A stretch of 63,629 bases of DNA, counting the filler, from Stramenopiles sp. TOSAG23-3 (Eukaryota), in assembly GCA_900128585.1 (NCBI GenBank). It is 10 parts of 10 records of this genome, joined end to end, with 100 filler letters (N's around TTAATTAATTAA, not from the genome) between each part and the next. Parts side by side here need not be neighbours in the genome. Positions count along the whole stretch, not along the records: positions 1 to 7,573 come from LT643129.1; positions 7,674 to 15,244 come from LT643130.1; 8 more parts are not named here. The stretch is one strand, 5' to 3'. The translations under genes were made by a program, and so were the position numbers. Position 1 is the stretch's first letter. The number at the start of each line of letters is the position of its first letter. Under the pieces are notes generated by a model. The model was given only the letters and a program-made list of their open reading frames with translations, had not been told where the DNA came from and did no database searches. Below, one piece after another: positions 1-9,277 of the stretch.

Positions 1-68
<68 letters not shown>
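1..68. repeat. (TCTT)n microsatellite at contig end
   Basis: Pure tetranucleotide repeat. Confidence 0.95.
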
Positions 69-2142
69 GCATTCCAAAACCTTTGCACCCAAACGACAGC
101 ACGGAGTCACTGAAAAGTCGAATGGAAATGATAGGGCGGTGAAATAGCTTCTTCTCGTCTTGGTGTACCCCCAAACAACTGTTTTTCTTCATGTAAAAGT
201 TCAGAACAGATTGGTTAACGAAGCCCTTAGGAACAAGTTCTAAATCGTTCTCAATGTGCTTTCTTAACTGTTCTGCCAACGGAACATTTGCTATTGGGTC
301 GACATCGTTGAAAAGACGAGATACTGTCTTGTTGTGCCCGTAAGCATATCGGTAACCAAGGAAGAGTTTTAGCCGCTTTCGACTATCATTCTTGTCTATG
401 GTCATTTTACCTTTGATTGTTGGTTTAGCAGTTTCATTCTCCGTGGGTTTGCCGGTCAATAAATTGATTACCGGCTGGAGCGTTTCGTGTGCGGATTGAA
501 TGGTAATCTCGGCATCATTTTCAAAAGACAACAGTTGGGCTTCGTTAAAGTAGTTGATGACTTGAGTAATTCCAACGTACGTGCCGTTCATATACCGATA
601 TTTACGAAGGCAGTAACCGTCCATTGCCTCGTCTTCAAACACGACCGGCGTCCCACTCAAGGGCAAACGGGAAACGCTTCGCCGAAAGAATCGGCCGGCA
701 TAGAATGCATCTTTAACGTGTTGGGGGAGCAAACTCTCCCTGACAAAACACGACGCTTTCATCGAGAAGAACTCCAGCACATATTCCGGCGGAAGGCACC
801 GCACGTCGAGAAGTGTATCACAAGTGATCGTCGTACTGTTCACGGCTGGGGATAAATAGTATAGCTCGCCTTTGTTGCAAAACTGACACAAGTACTCGTC
901 CGTATCCACGCAAAATGATTCAGGAAGAATATAACACGAGCAGTAAACATGAGTGCCTCGATTACATTTGTCACACAGCAGCATCATACCTGCATCGTAA
1001 AGACTGAGGCAAATTTCGCACCTCAAAGTGGAAAGGTTTTCTTTTTCTTCGTAATGAAGATCTTGGGCTTTGGATGGTGCCGTTTTCTCCGTTGTAAACC
1101 CTATAGCTTCCAGACGTTTTTCGTGCGACAGCTTAACCAGCTCACAGCCTTCGACCAAAGCTTGGTTAAACTGTTTCCGAACTAGCCCCTTCATTTTGAT
1201 GAAATTTACTTCATCATCCTTCTGTGGGTCATGCTCTCCCCATTTCTGTAAGCCCTCTCCGCCTCTTCTGGCAGTCCCAAAATTGTGAGCCCCAAGATAA
1301 TATAGCAGCAAGGCCGAAGGGTCTCTTACCAGTACTTCACGATAGTACCAATCGTAAACAGCGTCATTCGTTGCATCAAGGTTTTCTATGGTTTCTAGAG
1401 ATAAAACAATGCAGGGCCAAATTGGGTCCACTTTAGCGGTATTCGATTTATGCCAAACGAGGCTTCCTACGGGAAAGTCTTCGTTTGGTATGGTCTCTAC
1501 AGCAAGGGCCATTTGAACCGGTGTTTTTTGCTTAACGATTCCCCGCCCGCGCCGCTTCTTCTTCGCTTTCTTCAAAGTTGGCGGAGGCTTTCGCTTTGCG
1601 TTGAACGTTTTCGTCGATACAGGAAAGTGATTGGCTCCTAACTTGTTGATTTGGACTCTCAGTTGTCTCAAATCGACCCCAGCATGAACGTAATCGTCGT
1701 CTGGGTAAAACAAATTGTGTAAACACGTCTGTGGGTCGAATTTGGCGACTTTTGCGTCGTGATACTGACGTTTGTAGAGTTCCTCGGACGTCGCGCCAGT
1801 TTCTTCTTGTCTTGTATACAGTCGACTTCCGTGCCACAGCACTCGTATTGTGGTTCCCACCAAGTTATCGGTAACGTAGTCATCGGCACCAAGGTCAAAC
1901 GTCATGCCCTTGTGAGTTTTTTCAATACGCGTCGATTTGACATTGTTCTCATACATCGGCCCCGTATAATCTCCCAAGTACTGAACGTCGTAGTTCTTCC
2001 CTTCGTCGTCGCAAGACCCTATCACTGACGCTGGGTAAATGTCTCTACGCCACTTCACAAACACTTTCTCCCAATTTGTTTGTATTCTTATGTGGCAAAA
2101 TACAATCCAAGCGTGGGGGCGGTTGTGCTCGTAAGAATTGAA
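1..2142 (-). CDS. Partial multidomain protein: tandem Tudor-like, PWWP, PHD finger and ALKBH5-like 2OG-Fe(II) dioxygenase (3'-truncated; 5' end unresolved)
   Basis: Manual translation shows an open frame from 2142 to the window start. It has no stop, so the ORF track misses it. Tudor-like: KVFVKWRRDIYPASVIG and LVGTTIRVLWHG..YHDAKVAKFDP. PWWP: FPVGSLVWHK..DPIWPCIV..LLYYLGAHNF. C4HC3 PHD: CEIC..LLCDKCNRGTHVYC..YLCQFC (~1020-877). ALKBH5-like: RLKLFLGYRYAYG..VPKGFVNQSVLNFY..LGVHQD..FHRPIISIRLFSDSVLSFGCK. The in-frame TAG at 2143-2145 sits in an acceptor-like CCCCCCTATCTATAG. Confidence 0.85.
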
Positions 2143-2531
2143 CTATAGATAGGGGGGTGATATATTCGTATATACATGGTGTTCTAAATAAATGTTTCTT
2201 TTCGTTTCTTGACGATGGTATTTTTTTGGGTTAAAGTCTATTAGCTAATAATTTTTACTCCTTTTCCTCCTCCTCTCGCCGGTGGTGGTGGTGGGGGGTG
2301 CTGGTGCTGGTGGATGTGGTTGTGTTGTCCTCTGTCCTCTGTTCTTGTTTTGTTCGCTGTAATAATAATAATACCAATTTTAGATATTATTATACGATGC
2401 TAATTTATATTGGTGGAAATCGAGTTCAATACGTACTTGCTCATCATTATTATTGTTTTACAATTGATTTGCATTCAATCGTGTCGAAATGCGATGCAAT
2501 CTAATATAAGGTAAATATGGATATTTTGCCC

Positions 2532-4046
2532 CTAATTTATTGTCAATACGTTTTTTTTGTAAGTGTAAGCCTTACCGGGCTTTCCGTGCCTCCTGTCGTT
2601 TTCCCACATCCCGTCGTACACATCACCATCGGCGTACGTCATTTTCCCTTGGCCGTGCCTCTTATGTTTTTCCCATTCACCATCGTACACATCACCATTG
2701 GCGTACCTCATTGTCCCTTGGCCGTGCTTCCTGTCGTTTTCCCATTTGCCTTTGTACACACGACGACCATCGGACCAAGGCCGGCGACGACCATCGGGCC
2801 AAGACCAGTCTTGGTACGTCATTTTCCCTTGGCCGTGCCTCTGACCATTTTCCCATTCGCCTTCGTACACATGACCATCTTTCCAAGTACATTTCCCTTT
2901 GCCGTGCGACTTATCATTTTCCCATTCGCCTTCGTACACATGACCATCTTTAAAAGTACATTTCCCTTTGCCGTGCGACTTATCATTTTCCCATTCGCCT
3001 TCGTACACATCACCATTGGCGTACGTCATTTTCCCTTGGTGGTAGTCTCCATTCTTCCATTCGCCTTCGTACACACAACCATTGGGGTGCGTCATTTTCC
3101 CTTGGTGGTAGTCTCCATTCTTCCATTCGCCTTCGTACTCAAACTCAACCTTTCCATTTTCATTAGTCCATATTAATGTCAATTTTCCTGGTCCGTGTTT
3201 TTTGCCCTGCATGATCTGACCTTCGTAAGTCCCCTGTTCGGCCCAGTACAGAGTTCCACCAACCACAATGTCGGTCAAGGCATCTTCAGTAAATTCCACA
3301 TCATTTTTGCATACATTCTTTTTCGTGTATCCGGTCCATACTTCACCGTTCTTGAACGTGCCGTTTGCGATCACTGTCCCATCGGCGGAAGTCAAAGTCC
3401 CTTGGCCGTGGAACTTGTTGTTTTCCCACCCACCGTCGTACACATCACCGTTAGGCAAAGTCTTTTTCGTGTGCCCGGTCCACAGTTCACCGTTCTCGAA
3501 CGTGCCGTCTGCGACCTTTTTGTACTTTTTCTTCTTCTTCGTGAGACACGAGAACAGTTTCTTTATTCCCGCAACCTTCACTTCCTCGAACAATGTGCCT
3601 TTGCCATGGTATTTGCCCTCTTTCAATTCACCACGGTAGAATCCGGAGTCGGTCGATTTCAAGAACATTTCAAAATAGCCGGACCACGGTTCGTTATTCT
3701 TCCATTCGCCATCTCCGATTAGGCGCGCTCCAGGGGGCAACTTTATTGCACCATTCTCGCTGCTCTTCGTTTCATCAGAGGAAATCGAATCACTGCTCTT
3801 CGTTTCAACGCTTAATACTTCTTCTTTTTCTTCTCCATTTTTTTCCCACACAACTTCCGTACTGTGTGCACCCTCATTAGGGTTGGCTCCATCGGAACTC
3901 GAATCGCTGCTCTTCGTTTCTTCTTTTTCTTCTCCATACCGGCGGGCCCCATCCCATCTATTCGCCTTCGTACGCCCGGATCGGTAGGTACTGCCACCGG
4001 TGGCCTTCCCTGGTGGAGTGTGGCCTGGATTTGTTTGAACTTCCAT
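2532..4046 (-). CDS. MORN-repeat protein
   Basis: Many YEGEWENxxxHGxGKMTYxDG repeats with near-identical 69-bp units. Likely start MEVQTNPG at 4046. Confidence 0.9.
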   Translation of the reverse strand: MEVQTNPGHTPPGKATGGSTYRSGRTKANRWDGARRYGEEKEETKSSDSSSDGANPNEGAHSTEVVWEKNGEEKEEVLSVETKSSDSISSDETKSSENGAIKLPPGARLIGDGEWKNNEPWSGYFEMFLKSTDSGFYRGELKEGKYHGKGTLFEEVKVAGIKKLFSCLTKKKKKYKKVADGTFENGELWTGHTKKTLPNGDVYDGGWENNKFHGQGTLTSADGTVIANGTFKNGEVWTGYTKKNVCKNDVEFTEDALTDIVVGGTLYWAEQGTYEGQIMQGKKHGPGKLTLIWTNENGKVEFEYEGEWKNGDYHQGKMTHPNGCVYEGEWKNGDYHQGKMTYANGDVYEGEWENDKSHGKGKCTFKDGHVYEGEWENDKSHGKGKCTWKDGHVYEGEWENGQRHGQGKMTYQDWSWPDGRRRPWSDGRRVYKGKWENDRKHGQGTMRYANGDVYDGEWEKHKRHGQGKMTYADGDVYDGMWENDRRHGKPGKAYTYKKNVLTIN

Positions 4047-4133
4047 ACGGTACGTTTTTACGTTTTTTGTTGTGAATTCGCCCTTGCCGCAAAAAAAAGT
4101 TTTACGGGGAAGATTATGAAAAATAAGATTATG

Positions 4134-4236
4134 TAAAAGTGTGTTCTCAATATACTTGGAAAAGCAATTATGAAATAAGGGTATATAAAAGTGTGTTCTC
4201 AATATACTTGGAAAAGCAATTATGAATAAGGGTATA
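4134..4236. repeat. 52-bp direct tandem duplication upstream of the MORN gene
   Basis: TAAAAGTGTGTTCTCAATATACTTGGAAAAGCAATTATGA(A)ATAAGGGTATA occurs twice in tandem. Confidence 0.9.
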
Positions 4237-4757
4237 TATATGAATATTGCTTTGGATTCTTTTATTATTTTTTATTTTGAGAGGAGCCGACGACCGACGA
4301 CAATCTGGATTATATAAAAAAAAATGAAGAAAAAGAAAAAAGAAAAAAAAAGAAGAGAAAAAGAAAAAGAAAAAGAAAAAGAAGAAGAAAGAAGAAGAAG
4401 AAGAAGAGAAGAAGAAGAAGAAGAAGAGAGGGAAAAAAAAGAAGAGAAGAAGAAAAGAAGAAGATAAATTATTATTACATTATATAAAATAATATGAATG
4501 AGATCATCGGTATTTACACAGTTACCGTATGCATGTTGTATTTTAAATTATGAAATACAACTAGTCATAATAATAGAATGTATATACAAAAGATAAAAAT
4601 GTAATTTAAATAATGAGAACTTACATAGTCACCCTTTGCGTTTGTTTTACTTTTGTTTTGTGAAGGAACCTTTAAATCGAAACATTCGCCTTCCCTTTCG
4701 ATTGTCATCAGAACGGACGGTGTTTGGGTGGACGGTAGTGCACTTGAGGCTTGCAGC

Positions 4758-5774
4758 ATGTCCTCTTCCAAGCCATTCTATGCGGACTGGTTGGAACGTT
4801 ATGAAGGCCTGGTGAAGAAGCACCCGAACGACGTGCGGGTGGCCGTGGAGTCCCTTTCGATGTTGACATTCTTCATTCCCGGACGCTTCGGGGACGTGGA
4901 ACTTATTAGCGAAGCTTCGTACGTCGTGCTGAACCTGTTGGAGCTTTACCACGGCCGGATCCTTGACGCGTCGCGGGCGTTGACGGCTGGGCCGTTGTGG
5001 CATTGGCGCTCGTTCCTGACCGTGATGCAAGAGACAGGAGTGGTCTTAGAAATGATGTCGCTGTCCCGGGGGGGCGAAAAGGGGCGATGGAAATTCATTT
5101 TTACAATAGAGAGCATAAAAGCGCTCGTTCGCCTCCATTTGGTCCTTTCCGGCGAAGCGAGCGTGGGGGGCGCCCGTGTCCTAGCGGACGGGGGACGCTT
5201 TTCCACGCCTTTGCGCCGCCCCGATGGGTCCCAGAGTCCAGGGGATTCGCCCTCGCGCCGGCAGAACCGGGACGTGGTAGACGCCCACGTGCGACAGTGG
5301 CGACGAGACCGTTACAATACGTCGTTGGAAGGGTTGAAGCGTGAGTCCACGCTGAGCCAGGGAAAGTACAGGCTTTTGTTGGGGGAATCCCTCCACGTGT
5401 TTCGTCCCGTCGCGTACGTGGCCCTTCGCCGAAAGCTGGGGGCTTCGAGTTGGATCCCGTGGCTGGTGTCGGGGATCATTGATATTTTTAGCCTCCGCTA
5501 CTCGAACGATGGCGTTCAAAAGTGCAAAAAAATGGACCTAAAAGTGGGAACGTCTGACGTTAACACGTCCCCAAGGGCGGAATTTCAACGGAGGCAAATG
5601 TTGCTCCTGATGTACTTTATGCGAGAGCCCTTTTACTCCATGCTGACGGGAAGGGTCGCCAAGTCCGTGCTTGGCACCTTTGCCAAGATCCCCCTGGTGG
5701 GCTTCTTCTTTGAATACTTTCTGGAAATGTTAGAATACATGAAACGGTACTACTTTTTCTGGAGCGGGTCGTAG
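4758..5774 (+). CDS. PEX16: Peroxisomal biogenesis factor 16
   Basis: Pex16 blocks LTFFIPGRFGDVELISEASYVVLNLLELYH, GESLHVFRPVAY and EFQRRQMLLLMYFMREPFY. Likely ATG at 4758. Confidence 0.85.
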   Translation: MSSSKPFYADWLERYEGLVKKHPNDVRVAVESLSMLTFFIPGRFGDVELISEASYVVLNLLELYHGRILDASRALTAGPLWHWRSFLTVMQETGVVLEMMSLSRGGEKGRWKFIFTIESIKALVRLHLVLSGEASVGGARVLADGGRFSTPLRRPDGSQSPGDSPSRRQNRDVVDAHVRQWRRDRYNTSLEGLKRESTLSQGKYRLLLGESLHVFRPVAYVALRRKLGASSWIPWLVSGIIDIFSLRYSNDGVQKCKKMDLKVGTSDVNTSPRAEFQRRQMLLLMYFMREPFYSMLTGRVAKSVLGTFAKIPLVGFFFEYFLEMLEYMKRYYFFWSGS

Positions 5775-5967
5775 TAGAGAGGACGGAGGCCGCGGTAGAC
5801 TATTGGTTGTCGTGTAATAAACAGGACATGTTAGAGAGAATGTGTGCTTGACTCAAAAATATGCTGCCGAGGCGTTGTTGAAAAATGAATATGATATCAT
5901 ATTATATGTGTCATATTATTTTGTTAGATTTTGAGAATGTCAAATCAAAATGATTCATTATTAAAGT

Positions 5968-6029
5968 GAGAGTCTTAAAGCATACTACACTCTATAAAAC
6001 ATATTACATCAGTATGCTTTAAGACTCTC
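5968..6029. repeat. Perfect 19-bp inverted repeat (24-nt loop) in a convergent intergenic region
   Basis: GAGAGTCTTAAAGCATACT (5968-5986) and AGTATGCTTTAAGACTCTC (6011-6029). Related arms occur at ~11660 and ~58057. Confidence 0.9.
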
Positions 6030-6070
6030 TCTGTAATACCAGTCATTGATTCTTCGAAATCTGATACTTA

Positions 6071-6096
6071 AAATAACAGCCAATTTTCTTGTTTTT
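6071..6096. repeat. Dispersed 25-bp motif AAATAACAGCCAATTTTCTTGTTTT (reference copy)
   Basis: 15 copies or near-copies on 6 contigs; see findings. Confidence 0.9.
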
Positions 6097-6120
6097 AGTC
6101 TTAAGAGTCCTCGTCATCCT

Positions 6121-7272
6121 TTAGTCGTCTTCTTTATTTACAATGCTGTACATTCCAGCGTAACAGCCGTTCCCGGGGCTGGACTTGAGCAGGTCAATTA
6201 CCAGCACGACGCCAGAGTCTTGATGAAAAAACATGTCCCCTTGTCGGTCAATTCCCTGGGGGCTCGAGAGAGAATCGACGAAATCGGGGGTGTCGGAGGA
6301 ATCGTGCGGTAGTGCCCCCATGCCAAGGTTCGTATAGAACACCCCTAAAATCTTCCCAGCGTCTCCCTGCCTCCGCCGTTCTTTCCAAGCCCTCGCCAGC
6401 GCCTTGCCGTGCCGACGGACAACGGACTCGTCCTTGCTAGACGCGCCAGGCTCGAGCGCAACTACCTCTAGCTCTGAAACGTTGTACGTTACCCCGGGAT
6501 CTCCGTGAACGAAGCCGCAGATAGGCGGGTAAACGGCCCTAATTTGCGCCTCCTTGCTCGTAAGAAGGTGCCCCCCGCACGCTCGCTCTCGAAATTCGCT
6601 TGCCGCCTTGCTGTTTAGAAGGGAGCCCCAAACGCTAGGCGCCGTAAAAGCAAACCTGTCCATCCTAGTCACGCACTGCTCGTTTTTGTCCACGGGCCGT
6701 CCCGGTGCCCCTGATATGGCGTCTGGCCCATCCCCTACCAACTGTACGCCAACAGGAATCTTCCCAACAAACTGACCGACCAACGCCTGGACCCTGCCCA
6801 GCACGGTCGGGCTCTGGGACAAGCACGACGATGGGCGGTACGGGGGTTTCACGAACGCTATTCCCCCCAGCAAAACTATCGTCCCATCCTCCTCCAGGCT
6901 GGGGCTTAACAGGGCACCTCTGAACTCTTTCATTAACGATTGCTTCCTGCGTTCCATTCCAGCGCTTTCCCCTGCAGATTCCTTCCCCTGGCCAGCCCCA
7001 ACGCCCCCCCCCACCCTAAAGGCCCGAAGCGCTAGTGCCTCCTGCTCCGTGGGGTCCACGACAGTGGCACCCAAAATAAATCGCTCGAAAACAACCGAAA
7101 TCTGTGCAAAAGGGGTCAACGCCAACAGCGCCATATAACCCTTGTAGTGATCCACTGCCAAAACTGTCCCGCGACGGCGTTGGTGCGCCCGGTCCGCTGC
7201 CCGAGTGTTCAAAACCACAAAGTCGCCCCGTCGCACGGCAAGGAAACCGCCCTTCCGCGGAGGATCGCTCAT
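6121..7272 (-). CDS. Gemin6-like (Sm fold plus AD domain) fused to a degenerate MPN/JAB-like domain
   Basis: GTVLAVD Sm-fold strand. RKQSLMKEF..VKPPYRPSSCLSQSPTVLGRVQALV resembles the Gemin6 C-terminus. C-terminal ICGFVHG..ILGVFYTNLGMG..VVLVIDLLKS..GMYSI follows the MPN strand order without the JAMM histidines. Confidence 0.65.
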   Translation of the reverse strand: MSDPPRKGGFLAVRRGDFVVLNTRAADRAHQRRRGTVLAVDHYKGYMALLALTPFAQISVVFERFILGATVVDPTEQEALALRAFRVGGGVGAGQGKESAGESAGMERRKQSLMKEFRGALLSPSLEEDGTIVLLGGIAFVKPPYRPSSCLSQSPTVLGRVQALVGQFVGKIPVGVQLVGDGPDAISGAPGRPVDKNEQCVTRMDRFAFTAPSVWGSLLNSKAASEFRERACGGHLLTSKEAQIRAVYPPICGFVHGDPGVTYNVSELEVVALEPGASSKDESVVRRHGKALARAWKERRRQGDAGKILGVFYTNLGMGALPHDSSDTPDFVDSLSSPQGIDRQGDMFFHQDSGVVLVIDLLKSSPGNGCYAGMYSIVNKEDD

Positions 7273-7573
7273 GGTTAATTCACCGGCAAGTCTATGTATC
7301 AACGGCGCGTCTACCTACCCCTTTCCAAAAGGCGCTTGATTGAAATGAAAAGCCCTATTTGATTTGCTGAGAAGAAGGGTGGGTGGAAAAGAATGTCGTC
7401 CACGTTCGATATGTTTATTTTGAAAGAAAAAAATGGGATAATATTACCATTTCTTTTTCTCAAAAAGAAGTAATGTATATTAAAATATATTTAAGAAGAA
7501 GATTATTAATTTTACGAATGAAATTTTAATTAATAAAGGAAGGAATAGAAGAAGAAGACAAAGAAGAAAGAAG

Positions 7574-7673
7574 NNNNNNNNNNNNNNNNNNNNNNNNNNN
7601 NNNNNNNNNNNNNNNNNTTAATTAATTAANNNNNNNNNNNNNNNNNNNNNNNNNNNNNNNNNNNNNNNNNNNN
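7574..7673. other. Artificial contig linker
   Basis: N44-TTAATTAATTAA-N44. Confidence 0.98.
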
Positions 7674-8453
7674 CTCGTGCCTTCCGGAAAGTACGCCGGG
7701 ATCCCTCGAAGGGACAGTATTTTCATAACAAGCAAGCTGTGGTGTACAAACATGTCCCCGGAGCACGCAAATGACGCGCTGATGCTTACTTTACAACTCC
7801 TGCAGCTGTCTTATCTGGACTTGTGGCTAATCCATTGGCCCGTTCCACTAGAGCACGTCGGGCTAGCCGGACCATCGTTGGAAGGCGTGGCATTTCCACA
7901 GGACAGAATCACGGGGGCCGTAAAGTTTGCAGCAGGCTACAGCATTTGTGACACCTGGCACGCAATGGAAGCCTCCCAGGAAAGAGGCCTGACGAGACGC
8001 CTTGGTGTCTCTAATTTTCCCAAAGCAATGTTGCATAACATCATCAACTGCCACCACAACGTTCGCCCGTTGGTCAACCAAATCGAAGCCCACCCTTATC
8101 TGCCTCAGAACGAAATGATAAAGTTTGCAAACTTGGTCAATGTCTCCGTGCAAGCGTACTCGCCGCTCGGTGGACTGCTCCAGTCCGGAGAAAGAGGCCT
8201 GTTCGTTGACCCGATAATACGAGCCGTGGCAGCCGCAAACAAAAAAACAGAAGCCGAAGTTCTTCTCCGATGGAGCATCCAGCGAGGCATTCCAGTGGTG
8301 TCTACCTCGAGAAAAAAGAGTAGAATAGAGCAATTCTTGGGCGTCAAAGACGGGTTTCAACTGTCCAGAGAGGATATGGAGAAAATAAATTCTATACGAA
8401 CGCGGGCCAGATTTATGGCCCCTGAACCGTTTGCATTTTTGTTCGGCGAATGA
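7674..8453 (+). CDS. Aldo-keto reductase (5'-truncated by contig edge)
   Basis: IFITSKLW, YLDLWLIHWP, LGVSNF, VNQIEAHPYL, AYSPLG, LLRWSIQRG. Confidence 0.95.
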   Translation, partial: LVPSGKYAGIPRRDSIFITSKLWCTNMSPEHANDALMLTLQLLQLSYLDLWLIHWPVPLEHVGLAGPSLEGVAFPQDRITGAVKFAAGYSICDTWHAMEASQERGLTRRLGVSNFPKAMLHNIINCHHNVRPLVNQIEAHPYLPQNEMIKFANLVNVSVQAYSPLGGLLQSGERGLFVDPIIRAVAAANKKTEAEVLLRWSIQRGIPVVSTSRKKSRIEQFLGVKDGFQLSREDMEKINSIRTRARFMAPEPFAFLFGE

Positions 8454-8744
8454 ATAGTGAAAGCAAGGTGGAGGGATGAAAAGAAGAAGAAAATGACGGT
8501 GGTTTGGAAGACATCTACAATCGAAACAAAAAATACTGCCCTCCTCATAATATTCTACCAAATCTACGCCAAGGTGGACAAAGAGATAGTGGATTGAAAG
8601 AAGGCCAAAGAGAGGGAGGAATGGCGCCGTCGCCGAGATAAAGCCATGGCTACCGGCGACGATGGGGCAACCGGTAAGAAGAAGAAAGAGCCCAAAGAAG
8701 AAAAGGGCACGGTAAAATTTAAGACTGCAGCACATCTCATGTAA
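8450..8744 (+). pseudogene. Possible degraded coding fragment
   Basis: Reads ..KEEENDGGLEDIYNRN../..FYQIYAKVDKEIVD*KKAKEREEWRRRRDKAMATG..KFKTAAHLM* with TGAs at 8477 and 8595 and one frameshift. Confidence 0.35.
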
Positions 8745-9277
8745 ATTTTTTAGATATTTATAACATCAGGGGTAGATTATTATATGACCGGTACGTACCA
8801 ATAATGAGAAAGTGCTAGCGTGACACAGCCAGGTTTATTATTTTTTTCTTACTATATAAATCCGTAGTACAGTTCTTGACCGCACTTCCTAGATGGCACT
8901 AGACTACGCCTAGGAAGTGTGTATAGCAAAAAATGCCCCCAAAAAAGTTAGTCGGTGCTCTGTGCCTGAACATTTGCGCCTAGTGAAAAAGTACAGGCAA
9001 TAGCAGAGCACCACTTCACCGATTTTCGGATCTAATTAGGAAGGACACATCATTACGGTATCATCCACATTGAAGAACGAAAACACCGATTTGCCCGACC
9101 GAGATTTTTTTTCGAGATCTTGTAGCTTATATACTTTAGATTGACTAAAATAAATATAAATAATACACTTTGACTTTTAGAATATTCACCATCACAGTTT
9201 CATTTTGCGAATTCTGAACAAACTTTGGTCGGATACAGTTTATCTACAGAAAAGCCAATAATGCAGCGCAGTAAGAT

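Noticed and set aside
487-2028. Short ORFs listed by the track in the first 2 kb
   Set aside because: Shadow frames of the long unlisted minus-strand ORF.
7863-8735. 290-aa minus-strand ORF
   Set aside because: Mostly antisense to AKR. The hydrophobic start is the reverse complement of a purine-rich tract.
8881-8921. 10-bp hairpin enclosing GCACTAGACTAC, also seen at ~39682
   Set aside because: A single 12-mer match is expected by chance at this length, and there are no TIR/TSD or Helitron features.
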